Under the pieces are notes generated by a model that worked only from the letters and a program-made list of their open reading frames with translations, was not told the origin of the DNA and searched no databases. A DNA stretch of 61,888 nucleotides, counting the filler, from Asterionella formosa (lineage: Eukaryota): the NCBI GenBank assembly GCA_002256025.1. It is 22 parts of 22 records of this genome, joined end to end, with 100 filler letters (N's around TTAATTAATTAA, not from the genome) between each part and the next. Parts side by side here need not be neighbours in the genome. Positions count along the whole stretch, not along the records: positions 22,578 to 25,298 come from NKIB01014903.1; positions 25,399 to 28,115 come from NKIB01014904.1; positions 28,216 to 30,930 come from NKIB01014905.1; positions 31,031 to 33,745 come from NKIB01014906.1; positions 33,846 to 36,560 come from NKIB01014907.1; 17 more parts are not named here. The stretch is one strand, 5' to 3'. Position numbers and translations under genes: made by a program. Shown here in pieces: positions 23,393 through 35,190 of this stretch (position 1 is its first letter; each line of letters opens with the position of its first letter).

Positions 23393-24299
23393 CTAGATTT
23401 ACATCTTAACTATTAGGAAACTACTACATGCTTACATTCCATTCTCCTTTGATTTACAATTTACATTCTGAATTCATTTTCTTTTCGCATGCATGATATG
23501 ATAGCATGCATAAACCGGTATATTGTGGCTTTTTACATACAGGCGATATTTGACGTGTACTGCCAAGCCTAAATGATCGAGACCCATACTCTAGTGCATG
23601 GTGCCTTGTACGTCATGCTAGTAGTAAACTACTACCGGTAGTGCACTAGCTTTCACTACGGCAAAAAATGGTAGTATTGGGGGTAGAATTAATTGTCAAT
23701 ACTGGCACAGTATCAAAACCGCCCTATGTAGAGCACCATCAGCCAGTAGTGTCCCAGTATATGCACAGTAGGACATCAGAAGCGTACGATAAGGCTATCT
23801 GTTGAAACCACAATGTTCTCAATACATCTCTGTGTCCATGAAACAATGAATCCAATGAAGAAAGCACACTGGGAGGGCATTGTTTATAAAACCGAATAAT
23901 TACATTAAAGTGAGCCAGTTTTGCTGGTACCAAACACTCTATTTCTAGTCGTGATCTTCCTTGGTTCAACCGCAGTCCAGCCTTGTTCGTTCGTTTGCAC
24001 GCCGGCATGGTTGGTGTGGTCATTGTCAGTATTGGTGTAATTGGTGTAACCATTACCAACATGATGTCCGTTACACACATTCAACACTATCTACAAGAAT
24101 CCTCCATGATAATCTACTGGTACCGCCCTGGTACCCGGGTATTTTAACATTTTATGCATACCACGTGTTGTTGCTCCAAAGTCTACATACAAAATTGGAA
24201 GAATCTTTTCCCGACCAATTCTTGGAAAGGGCATCACGCACAGCCACCTATTTCCAACTTTTCTCCCTTTATTTAATGGGTCGCAACTTGAAACTTCAT

Positions 24300-25298
24300 C
24301 TAAACTATGTATGAGCTCAGCCATTTTTCCGTCAAGCTTCATATGGACTAGGTCATCCATGTCAGCTTGCATGAATGCGCCAGGAATATCAACTGTGGCA
24401 ACGTCTCGCTCTTCTAGCGCATCAAGCACACATGACAGCATGACTGATTCAATTGCAACAGTTGGAGGGCTATCTTCTTCCTTGGTTGTGTGCTGAAGTT
24501 GCTTCCGACCATCAGCACAGCCACGACCCCTAATTGTTCCGTTGCGTTTTTGTTTCAGAAACATGAGGTATTGCAGCGCCTCCCTGCGCTGTTCGTGTGA
24601 CAAAAATTTTGTAGGTTTGAGTACTCCACGTTCATGTAATTGGTTCAATTACTTAAGCACAGCCTCCAAACCGGCCTCACCGAATACTTGTAGCCCTTTC
24701 TTTACGTTGTGTTGGGTCATGACAATGCCTTCCAATGTGGCATGCAGGTGACTATAGTTGCAAGGCTTGCGAGCCCGTAGATCGCATTGGTGCTGTTTAT
24801 GGCCATTTGCGGCGTTCATTTGTTGAATCCGTTGTTCGATACTAGTGGTTTCCTTGTCGACTTCTTCTTCATCGTTGGGTTTGGCAGTGTTTTCGTTTAG
24901 TCCGTTGACTGGTTCAGTGGCTTCGGGATTGTCCATCCTTTCATGTGGTTCATTTTCGATGATATCAGGGGTGTATTCGTCTCCACCTTCTACATCGCTA
25001 TTGTCATCTCTTGGTTAATCATTCACTTCTGGTTTGGTGGTGGCTTCGGCATTGTCTTCGTCGTTCCCTTCATGCCCTTCATGTGGTTCATTGTCTTCGT
25101 CGTTCCATTCATGCCCTTCATGTGGTTCATTTTCGATGATATCAGGGTTGTACTCGTCTCCACCTTCTACATCGCTATTGTCATCTCTTGGTTCATCATT
25201 CAGTCCTACGATGTGAATGGGGGCGGTATCATCGTCGTCATTGTTGGCTGGATCAAAGGTGTCATCGTCATCATCGTCATGTATCTCATCTCCAATTG
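24300..25298 (-). mobile_element. Ty1/copia (diatom CoDi-type) pol fragment: acidic linker plus RT N-terminus, disrupted
   Basis: MFLKQKRNGTIRGRGCADGRKQ, SPPTVAIES, VATVDIPGAFMQAD. Stop at 24649-24651; internal duplication 24940-25025 vs 25117-25202. Confidence 0.92.
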
Positions 25299-25511
25299 NN
25301 NNNNNNNNNNNNNNNNNNNNNNNNNNNNNNNNNNNNNNNNNNTTAATTAATTAANNNNNNNNNNNNNNNNNNNNNNNNNNNNNNNNNNNNNNNNNNNNTG
25401 AGGCCCGCGAGCATTTTCCCCGGTCCCAGACCGAGGGGACTCGGCACTCCGAGCAAGAAAACTCCTACCGAATCAATTGAGAAATCGGCCTCTCAATCTC
25501 AACCGAGGATC

Positions 25512-26582
25512 TCACCCATTGAGTCCCAAACAGCCCTTCTGCCACTCAAGCAAAAGCGCTTCAGCACCGGGCTCTTCAGCCGCGATGCATTCCAGAACCG
25601 CGCGAGCTGCGATCAGCGAGCCATCAATGTCCAAGTCCCTGGAAACTTCGTCACGCACTTTGAGCAAGTCATCAAGCCGGCGATCAAATCCAGAGTCACG
25701 CCTGCGGCGTATTCCCTTTGGCCGTTCCGGATACTCGGATTCGGGAAGTGACTCCACTGCTGCGAGAGCCTCACGAAGACGCCGAACCCGATCCGGACGG
25801 AAGTAGGGAGGAAGGTTCAATTCACCACCTTCGGACAGGCAAATGCTCCATTCGATTAGCAGACGATTGGTCGCCACCATGAAGGAAGGACGATCCCAGG
25901 CTTCCGCTTCGGCATCACGCCACTGCCAGACAGCCCGGAGAAATGCCAGCCCACGCCGATCCAGACGACCGGACCCCTGAATCCGCCAGGCTTCGTCGCG
26001 GGATTCATCCCTCTCCAAAACCTTCTTTCTCGCGGCAACGCAGCTTTCCTCAAACCAGTCCAACCTTCCGCGCTGTTTCAGATCGTCAACAATCCGTTCC
26101 CCCATGGGAAGGAGGTAACGGACGTCATTGAGAGCATACTCGATCATCTTCTCCGACAAGGGGCGCTTCCCCCAATCTGCCTTCTGAGATGATTTTGAGA
26201 GCTCGATTCCAAAATAGTGGCTCACCAAATCTGCGAGCCCGAATTTCCTGGCTCCCAGCAATCTTGCGCCGATCTGGGTATCATAGACCGTTTCGGGTAT
26301 GCTCCCAAACTGGCGGCGCAGCATTGTCATGTCGTAATCCGCCCCGTGCATCCAGACCACGCTACGTTGGAGGAAGGACGAAAGGGGGCCAAGCTCCCCG
26401 ATCTTGAGTGGATCAATCAGGAACAGATCGGACTTAAAGGCGAACTGAACCAAACACAGCGACTCCTTGTATCGATGCAGGCTGTCGGCCTCGGTATCAA
26501 TCGCACAAACACACGAAGGCAGTATCGAAACTGCTGAGAAGTAGCTCAAAAGCCCCTCATCCGTATCGACAATCTCTCGCAT
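25512..26582 (-). CDS. rnd: Ribonuclease D (3'-5' exonuclease plus HRDC), bacterial
   Basis: AIDTEADSLHRY, MHGADYD, YDTQIGARLLG, SQKADWGKRPL...YALNDVRYL, WQWRD.EA...DRP. GC-rich, intronless contig. Confidence 0.93.
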   Translation of the reverse strand: MREIVDTDEGLLSYFSAVSILPSCVCAIDTEADSLHRYKESLCLVQFAFKSDLFLIDPLKIGELGPLSSFLQRSVVWMHGADYDMTMLRRQFGSIPETVYDTQIGARLLGARKFGLADLVSHYFGIELSKSSQKADWGKRPLSEKMIEYALNDVRYLLPMGERIVDDLKQRGRLDWFEESCVAARKKVLERDESRDEAWRIQGSGRLDRRGLAFLRAVWQWRDAEAEAWDRPSFMVATNRLLIEWSICLSEGGELNLPPYFRPDRVRRLREALAAVESLPESEYPERPKGIRRRRDSGFDRRLDDLLKVRDEVSRDLDIDGSLIAARAVLECIAAEEPGAEALLLEWQKGCLGLNG

Positions 26583-26663
26583 GTGCTGGTTTTCAAGGGA
26601 GAAGGCGTTGCACAGATTTCTCCGCGCAGCGCCTTCATACAGGATCGGACAATCAACCAGTTC

Positions 26664-28115
26664 TCAGTTGCCAGCTCCTTGGATCACACGATGCGTAATG
26701 CCGGCAACGACGATGTCAGTCTCGCGCTGGAAACCGAGAGTGTTTCCGTTGACCAGGCCAGTGGTGAACTCGCCATTGGAGCTCACAGTGACCGGGTAGC
26801 TGCCACCCGCTCTGCTAATCTGGCGGGAAAGCGGGGCGATCGAAACCTGCGGGATGACAGACCCGTTGTTATAGCTCTGGCGGATTGTGAGGGTTCTTCC
26901 TGCGATCCGGATAGAAGCCTCACGATTGGTGTTTGCGAAGTTCGGCAGGATCGAAACCACCAAGCTGCCGTCGCCCACGCCGGAGAACGTATCGACCACA
27001 ATCCAGTTGACGGTTTCAGGAACCACCACCGACCAACGCTCGCTGGTCGTGACGTTTACGATCAAGCTTCCCCCTGCAGAAGTGTAGGCACCAAACGATG
27101 GTGAGATCGTGGTCGTTGGAGCAGGATTGCCTCCATAATTGGGAGTGACCGAGAACTTCCCGGGAAGGCTGCCCGTGGCGTAGAAACCACGGATCTCACC
27201 GGACTTCTGCAGCATCACAGCGTAGAGATTCGAGTTGGATTTGGCGTAGCCACGGTTCGGATCCCCATAGCTGATGACACCCGAAACCAAACCGCTGGTT
27301 CTGTTGTAGCTGACATTCAGAGCAGCCAGGGTCTGTGTCTTCGGAGCAGTGATCCAGCCAAAGGAGTCCCATGTGGCGATGAAGGAATTTGAATTGAGCG
27401 AACCCGCTTGGAAATTGAGCAGGACGTTGTTGGCCGTGGAGCTGAAGTTGGTGAACGCAGGAAGCTGCGCAAACCCAACGGGACGGATGCTGGAACCGTA
27501 GACCGTCGTGAGCAGGTCGTACCCCGCATACGAACTCGTCGTTGCAGCCGAAATCCCGAATGAGCCATCAAGATCGGACTCTTCCTTGGTAGGTGTCAGG
27601 AGGTTGAACTTTGCACCGGCCCGGAGGAACAGGTTGCCCACCACAGAGGTCTTGCCGATTCCGACACCAATCGAAGCAATCGCGAGTCGTCCATTGTCGA
27701 GGAGATTACCCTGCCAGGAGATTGGCATATTGTTGGCAAGCCGGCCAGTGAGCCGGACGAGGCCGTTGCTGGCGATGTTCAAGGTTCCGTATCCATCACC
27801 TGCGGGAGTGCCTATAGTTCCGGAAGACGGAAAGATCACGGCGTAGTTGCCAGCCCTGCTGGTGGTAACGACCCTCCGGAAAAGCCTGAAGCTGACCGGG
27901 CGGCTGGTTCTCGGCCAATAAACCGGGAGACTGTTGAAGGTATCCAAGCCCGTCAAGTTGCCCTCGACTGTCCAGGCACCTCCCGACAAAACCATTTGAA
28001 TGCTGGCAATCGTGGTGGAGCCACCGAAACTGGCTCTGATACCAGTCGCAGCACCCTGATTGTTCAGCCTTCCGCTAATGGCAAGACTGCCGAAATTACC
28101 CGCAAGCCTGCCAGT
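26664..28115 (-). CDS. Large secreted/surface protein C-terminus with BACON-type domain, bacterial (Verrucomicrobia-like), 5'-partial
   Basis: WSV....NWI....SGVGDGSLVVSILPN....REASIRIAGRTLTIRQ is BACON-like. PAGDGYGTLNI..G.VRLTGRLA resembles verrucomicrobial surface proteins. Confidence 0.75.
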   Translation of the reverse strand, partial: TGRLAGNFGSLAISGRLNNQGAATGIRASFGGSTTIASIQMVLSGGAWTVEGNLTGLDTFNSLPVYWPRTSRPVSFRLFRRVVTTSRAGNYAVIFPSSGTIGTPAGDGYGTLNIASNGLVRLTGRLANNMPISWQGNLLDNGRLAIASIGVGIGKTSVVGNLFLRAGAKFNLLTPTKEESDLDGSFGISAATTSSYAGYDLLTTVYGSSIRPVGFAQLPAFTNFSSTANNVLLNFQAGSLNSNSFIATWDSFGWITAPKTQTLAALNVSYNRTSGLVSGVISYGDPNRGYAKSNSNLYAVMLQKSGEIRGFYATGSLPGKFSVTPNYGGNPAPTTTISPSFGAYTSAGGSLIVNVTTSERWSVVVPETVNWIVVDTFSGVGDGSLVVSILPNFANTNREASIRIAGRTLTIRQSYNNGSVIPQVSIAPLSRQISRAGGSYPVTVSSNGEFTTGLVNGNTLGFQRETDIVVAGITHRVIQGAGN

Positions 28116-28225
28116 NNNNNNNNNNNNNNNNNNNNNNNNNNNNNNNNNNNNNNNNNNNNTTAATTAATTAANNNNNNNNNNNNNNNNNNNNNNNNNNNNN
28201 NNNNNNNNNNNNNNNAAAAAAATTC

Positions 28226-29450
28226 TTACTTCCATCTTTCCCCATAGGAATCAAGCAAAAACGAAACTAGTGATGGAGGGATACGCTCTGTACCATTTGC
28301 TTTTGTGTTAATGGCATTTCCGAATCTTTTGCAAATAGCAACTGAGTTTTGCTCTGGAGTGGAACCAGGCGACAAATACATGTGAAGTCTCAATGCACCA
28401 TTGCTTAGGTGATTATCCATAGCACCTGCATGAACTGTATCACCTCGCATTAAGAAGATGTACTTGAAGGGAATGCGAAGAAGCATCGCATGTTGGTTTA
28501 CATGTTCCATGGCATGTTGCTTGAATTCCGCTTTACCTGTACCTTTTCGATCTAAAATGAGGTTAGACTCAAATGACTCGCCATCCCAGACATTTATAGA
28601 GAAACCACCAGCACCTAGGGACATATCCAATCCCCAAGGAAGGCACTTTTCGAAGTCATTGACTACCAGTTCTGCCTGCTGATAGTCAAAATGTGGCTCC
28701 TGAGAAACATTTGAGTGATTTACAGCAGTGTGCAACAATGTACAGGTGTGAGGCATACTCTTCCTGACATATGTTGTGTCACTTACAAGTGATTGCAGCA
28801 CAGAACCGGGAATGACCATAGACAAAGTTTTCCAAAACATGTCGATGTTGTTGGAAAGTAATGTATTCGAGATCACCATCTTGTCAGTGAATGCTCCATA
28901 GGCAATCAATGACATTACCTTGCCTGTCATTTGCCTATAGCAATCACGACAGAGTATGGTTTTAGAACCGAATGTGTTCTTGATGAGTGAATTGGTAGCC
29001 TCATCATTTCTGAGGTGCCCAAAAATTTGTTTCAAGCCCAGGTCAAGAAAAGGACAATCTTTTGTTCCGAAAAATTGGTCCGGGAGGAAAGACAAATTCA
29101 ACAAAAATATCTTGGAAGATAGAGTCCCTTCAATCTGTAGCATGAAATCATCATCAATAATCAAATGAACAGTTTTCATCGCGTCTGCAACTTTTGGTAA
29201 GAAAATGTTGAGATGTTTAATGCGGTCACATTGGTTCGAAGGCCAAACCTCATCAACAAAGCTTCTAGCAAACTTGACATTGCTATGATCAATAACAAGT
29301 GCATGCCATCCAATCTTCTTTCCGCCCTTCTTTTTAATGAAAGTTGACGAATTCACTGACTCAAGTCTCCTAAACATGACGTCCAATAAACTATCAAGGT
29401 CCGCATTCACGGTATCTTCGACATGACCTTGTAGGAAATGACGAAGTAGC
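28226..29450 (-). CDS. 2OG-Fe(II) dioxygenase-fold protein (HxD...H...R), probably the last exon of a spliced gene
   Basis: QEPHFDY ... LLRIPFKYIFLMRGDTVHAG ... LRLHMYL in an uninterrupted ~400-codon ORF. TATTTTAG acceptor-like site near 29450; possible upstream exon near 29633-29835. Confidence 0.7.
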
Positions 29451-29912
29451 TAAAATACGGTGAGTGTGGTCATGATGCTGATCAAGCAGTACTCGAAGTC
29501 TCCATTTAACCACAACCCGATATGTGTTCTCAGGAAGTGGAACTGGAAGAATGGGGTCATTCTTCCAAGTCGGGATGCACGTAGGCTGTTCGAGATCACC
29601 ATTGATTTTTTTAAGCCGAGATAGGATACGGTACCAATTTTTCCAACGAAAGAACTTGGCTCTCTATTGATGAGGATGACACGGACACCGACTTTTTATT
29701 TGCAGGCGCAAGGAACGATTTTCTTGATTTCGGAAGGCTTCCGGGCATGGTCGAGAACTGATTTATTGGAGACCCTGTCGTACACATTGACCAACGCTCG
29801 CTTTGGCCTTCGTGTAGCATACAACGTTCATACATATAGCTACCGGTAGCTAATATATATATTAATAGAAATAACTAGTACTGCTGTGTTGTGTGCATGC
29901 ATATCTAGAATC

Positions 29913-30930
29913 TCAAAATGAGAAAAAAGATTGCCAAGTATGCTGAGGTTTAACTTGTAATACCGACCCAGGTATTCCTCCAATATTAGGGACAACAACA
30001 GCAGGAGCAGAAATACAATCGACTGTAACAAACATGAGCTGTTTTCTCTTTCCTGATTCATAACCCATCAGGTGAGCTATCTCAAACATTTTAGAACGAC
30101 GGCTATTAAATAAACTCTCACTTGGATCCTTACATGAGTTCACAATTGCAAAGATTCCAGTTGTTTCGTTGCGGAGTGATGCACACAATCGTGGATCAGT
30201 AAAATCAAATTCAGGCCCAAGCAATACAAAACCAAAGATTTTCCCCAACACTATGTAAGGTATACCACTTTCCTCGTCTATCCATTTGAAGTCGGCCCAA
30301 TCATACCAAGACCCCTGTCCCAAATAATTGGGATGGGCATGGAAAGTATTTCCATCTCGTTTGTGTTCACACAGGACCTCAATTGACTTTTTGGTTATGA
30401 AGGGAAGCACTTCCTTTCCTAGAAATCGAATTAAATCAAGGTCAACTCCTGATGTCTTTATAGTCGCCGAATTGGAAGTGACAGATGCAATAGCGAATCC
30501 ACCATTATTTTCCTGTAACTTTAAGATAAAGCGTGCACCACCTGTAGATGTGCTTATACTGTCAGTCCCAGTGCTTGGTGTTTCATTAGTAGAACCATCA
30601 TCGGCGAGCGAATCTGTATCGTCATGTTCAAAAGGATCTTTTCCCAAAAATTCCCGACATGCAACACCTATGGCAATGTTTTCGATAATTCGTTGTCCAG
30701 ATTGAAGGTCCATTAGGTGATGTCGTTTTTGAGATGTTTTAGCTGGTAACTTGCAAAGGAATTTTAAATTTTTTTCCATTGGTCCACCATTGAAAACTTG
30801 CGGACTGCCAAACCGTTCGATATTTCGGACAGTATGCATCTGCTGATGAAACTTTGTCATTTTCCAGCCTTGCTCTGTCGTTTCTCTTGGGAAAATCTTG
30901 ACTAATTTTGTGTAGTACTTGACAATGGAT
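29913..30930 (-). mobile_element. Plavaka/CACTA-like transposase, C-terminal part (open to the contig end)
   Basis: KFHQQMH...IERFGSPQVFNGGPMEKNLK..CKLPA and FHAHPNYLGQGSWYDWA...W...LGKIFGF, ending PAVVVPN...W..FF. No stops. Confidence 0.78.
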
Positions 30931-32025
30931 NNNNNNNNNNNNNNNNNNNNNNNNNNNNNNNNNNNNNNNNNNNNTTAATTAATTAANNNNNNNNNNNNNN
31001 NNNNNNNNNNNNNNNNNNNNNNNNNNNNNNGGATAGGCGAACGACATAGTGGCTGGAGGCGATGTGGACAATTGAATCTATATGAGTCGGGAGGATGCCT
31101 TGTTGTTCACCCCTTTGTCCAATGATGCCGGTGTGCTGCATTTACCTGTTGCTTGGTATTGTATGTTGTATGTATACCCAGTCGTACGAGGTAGTACTCG
31201 TAGCTCGTACATAATGTGATAACAGGGTACCTGGTACCAGGTACCACTGTATTAGATATGCCGCCAACTATGCATGCTGCCTGGCAGGTAGCCTGTATGT
31301 ACGACAGGGGAAATAACAAAGGCAAGACTACGACCAGGGACCTGGTACCAGGTACCGGCGAATGCTAACGGTATGTAGGTACAACGTACAGTGGTATGTT
31401 TAGGCATAGATTTTATGCATTTTTGGATTCATGGATGTGTCGTACATACTGCGTATTACAGGATCGTCTACCAGAACCATTGTAAATGATACCTGTATGT
31501 ACATTCCTTTACCAGTTCCCTGGTGCCAGTCAGTCTGCCAGAGGGGTTTCTATAGCTCAGCTGTTATACCGGTAGATATAACAAGGCACTCCAGTACAAG
31601 GGTAATAGTACCTGGTACCAGTTTCAGATATTCCACGAGTTCAAGTACCGGTACCAGGGACTCCAGCGTTCCAGAGATGGGTCGTGAAGAATGGTCTTGT
31701 ACGACTCCAAATCTGAACGGTGCTCCTGTCCGAAAATGAACGGGACCACAACCGCTTGTTGTGATCTTGTTTCCAAAAGGGTTTCCGGGTTGTGTATGAG
31801 TGTTTGTCGAGCCAAATATTGCCTGCACGAACAACTGCTACCGGTACTACCGGTACCCGGTACCTGCAAGAGGTCGTATGTATCGCTAAAGACATTACAA
31901 AGAATAAAACCTATATACAATGATACTCCGACCATGCATAATCATGCATATATACATACATGCCACAGGAGGGGCAGTCGACTATGTACTACCCAGAAAG
32001 AAAATGCCATACCGTGAAATATGAT

Positions 32026-33315
32026 CACCCAAATTTAAAAATTTGCTCTGATATTTAAAATTATTATATCATGTGTGTATTATAACACAAATTATATTGG
32101 CGATTTGATACAAAATAACATCGTCACGCTCTGATAATCAAGATATTTTACATAACTGGTAGTCATCTGACATTATATAATAATTTAACTTTAATTTATA
32201 ACAGTTATAGTTTCATAGCGATGCATCCTCTTGCGTCTTATGCAGTCTTTTGTTCATTGTCCACATGAGTTCCATAATTTTACTTATGTCAGTCACTGAC
32301 CAGCATGTTTGCTTACCTCTCCTCATCTCCTGATGACAAGGATGATGCAATGAGTGAACATAAAACATGAGACAGAGACATGGAAATTTCAGCTTTTCCC
32401 AAGAATCAAGCCTTTGATCGTCACATCAGGCCAACAGAACTTTCACAACAAGGTATTGCTCTCCAAGAGCAAATGAAGGCAGTCAGAGGAACTTGCAGAC
32501 TTTCAAACACGACAACAAGATTGTATCAATTCCCATGGGGACGGAGGTGAAATCAATTCAGTTTTTGATGACATTGAAAATCAATATCAACAGCTGCGAG
32601 AGGAAGTGACAGCAAATCCAAATGTATTGCAGCTTGTAGATGGATACAATCATGAGGTACCAGCAGAGAAATTCAGTGGACTGTTTTTTGTCTGGAAAAT
32701 ATGTTCCATGCTGCAGACGCCTTTGTACATAGGATGCTACAGTAACAATGGTCTGTGGTGAACACAATATCTTCATTTACAAGCACAGCAAATGTATTTT
32801 AGTTTATGGCGGTGTTGACGATGTAGTGACATTAAAGCTAACAAACAAATGTATAGAATGATATAATGTGCTCTGTTTCTTCATTTCGCCTTATAATCAT
32901 CAATCAGTGCAGACATTGCACATGAGTTAATAATGGCTGCAACCTCTAAGATTATATTGCAGGTGGATTGTGAGCAAGAAGACATGATCACAACAAAACT
33001 GGAAGCAGACGTGGATTGATGATACCTTTATGATGATTGATGTGTATATGTATATGCATACCAACATCGGTTGTATTGGTAAGAGCAAGAAGCCATTTCG
33101 GGTATGAGCAAGCAAGTCTTGAAATATTATGGGAAATTATATGTAGTCATTCATGCCTAAGCATCTTCTTATATAATGCACTGTTATGCATAACTGTAAA
33201 AAATTTGGTCAACATAAACACAAAATTTTGGGTTATGGGTACAACGATTTGTGTTATAATACACATGTTATAATAATTTTTAATATCAGAGCGCGCCCAC
33301 TAAATCAAATTGGGG
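32026..33315. mobile_element. ~1.3-kb non-autonomous element with ~47-bp inverted arms
   Basis: GCTCTGATATTTAAAATTATTATATCATGTGTGTATTATAACACAAAT (32045-32092) is inverted at 33247-33292. Outer ends CCCAAATTT / AAATTGGGG-TA. Confidence 0.75.
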
Positions 33316-33972
33316 TACATGCATTGAATATATATAAGAAATTGTGATGCATTATAGAATATACCCATATATGATAGGAGTGAACTAAACTAGTTTCGAC
33401 AATTTCCATAAAATAACTCCTGTAAAACAAACACGCAAACAATACTGGCGTGGTCTGCAATTTCGTATGAGTGCACCATGAGGACCTCCAATTTTAACAC
33501 CCTTCAACTACTAATATTGTATGATGAACTTTATCTCATAAATTCGATATTTTTCATTTGCAGATGATTAGTACTACTAAGGTAGATGATGTAACAACCC
33601 AGTGACCATCATGAAAATTTTGATCATCACAAGAATCCCGGCTTCCACTTTCCACATGCCTCGCCAATGGAACAAATTCCTACTCCCATTCAGATGAGCT
33701 CCTATATGTTAGCAGCTTGATAACCGCTGATACTGAATGTTCTGTNNNNNNNNNNNNNNNNNNNNNNNNNNNNNNNNNNNNNNNNNNNNTTAATTAATTA
33801 ANNNNNNNNNNNNNNNNNNNNNNNNNNNNNNNNNNNNNNNNNNNNATGTACAACTCTCATCATCAGACAATATGTACACGCATCATTGTCATTTCGCCCT
33901 CGTACACAAAAGAAGATGTAATGAAGAAGAAATAATAGAGATGGTAAAAATTGGGGCAAATTATTCCAGGCA

Positions 33973-35190
33973 ATGTCATTCCCTACAACCACGATGACGC
34001 TGGCCTCCGCAACTGAATCGCATTCCGCTGCACCCTTAACAGCAGCACCAGCACCAGCAACAACGACAACACCAATTTCTGGAACGAGCAACTTGATTTG
34101 CATCCAGGTACTGAAACCTCCTTCTAAATCAATTGGCGACCTTTCCTTTCCATCATCTTCCCCTGCGTGGCATGTTTGCTTTACCAAGGACGGGAAGTAC
34201 CTCGCGTGTTGCTATGGAGCTCCGGATCCTTGCATTCGAATATGGAACGTGGAAAGCAGCGGCTCGTTCGTTTACGTGACATCACTGCTTGGGGCTCAGC
34301 AGCGTACGATTCGTTCCATTGCCTTTGCTCCCACACCGCAACCGATTCTCGCGGCGGCTTCGTTTGATGGAACGGTGTGTATTTGGGAGGGCGATCAAGA
34401 CGCAGATTTCGAATGCATAGCTCAGCTCGAAGGACACGACAACGAAGTCAAGGACGTTTGCTGGAACGGAACTGGGTCCTTGTTGGCTACTTGTGGGCGA
34501 GACAAGACTGTGTGGCTGTGGGAATGCTTCTTGCCAGGCACTGTCGGTGGGAGCGATGAAGGGGAATTCGAGTGTTTGTCCGTTCTCAACGGACACGAAG
34601 GCGATGTCAAGTGTGTACAGTTTGCTCCATCTCATGACCAATGGGGTGATGGGGACGAGATATTGCTTTCTGCTGGATACGACGATACAATTAGATGCTG
34701 GGCTGAAGACGCCGGCGATTGGTATTGCGCAGCTACCCTGAAGGCTCACGCTTCGACAATTTGGTCGATATCGCTGACACCTGGCGGATCCAGAATGATT
34801 TCCGCTTCAGATGATCAGTCACTTGCTATTTTTAAGTGCTATACATACAAAGAAAAGAAAGAACTCTTCCCGGATGAAAAGGGAAGCAATGGCCTATGGA
34901 AATGTGTCGGGAAACTACCCAACGCTCATGCGTCGACTATATATTCCGTAGATTGTGCACCGGCCAAAGCTGGTCATGGTCGTATGGCCTCGGCAGGGGC
35001 AGATAATCGAATCCAAATATACCGCGAGGCTATGGGATCACAGTCGGATTCACCCATGTTTTCATTGGATGCAGCTGCAGTGATACCATGTGATGTACAT
35101 TCTGTGCGTTGGCATCCGTGGGATGGATCGTTGTTGGTATCTGCGAGTGATGATGGGTGTGTACGAATCTGGAAATACAAAACGAGCTAA
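33973..35190 (+). CDS. CIA1: Cytosolic iron-sulfur assembly protein CIA1/CIAO1 (WD40)
   Basis: RTIRSIAF, LAAASFDGTV.IW, FECIAQLEGHDNEVKDV.W, LLATCGRDKTVWLWE, FECLSVLNGHEGDVKCV, DWYC..TL..H.STIW. Intact and intronless. Confidence 0.93.
   Translation: MSFPTTTMTLASATESHSAAPLTAAPAPATTTTPISGTSNLICIQVLKPPSKSIGDLSFPSSSPAWHVCFTKDGKYLACCYGAPDPCIRIWNVESSGSFVYVTSLLGAQQRTIRSIAFAPTPQPILAAASFDGTVCIWEGDQDADFECIAQLEGHDNEVKDVCWNGTGSLLATCGRDKTVWLWECFLPGTVGGSDEGEFECLSVLNGHEGDVKCVQFAPSHDQWGDGDEILLSAGYDDTIRCWAEDAGDWYCAATLKAHASTIWSISLTPGGSRMISASDDQSLAIFKCYTYKEKKELFPDEKGSNGLWKCVGKLPNAHASTIYSVDCAPAKAGHGRMASAGADNRIQIYREAMGSQSDSPMFSLDAAAVIPCDVHSVRWHPWDGSLLVSASDDGCVRIWKYKTS

Noticed and set aside
26583..27846. Plus-strand ORFs opposite the BACON gene
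   Set aside because: Shadow ORFs of a GC-rich coding strand.
25512..30930. Apparent cluster rnd - BACON - dioxygenase - transposase
   Set aside because: It crosses a spacer at 28116-28215, and the two contigs come from different organisms.
31107..32017. Overlapping ORFs rich in VPGT/YQVP/WYRY
   Set aside because: These are translations of GGTACC-rich arrays with no protein signal. The same applies at 5813-6044 and 60378-60997.
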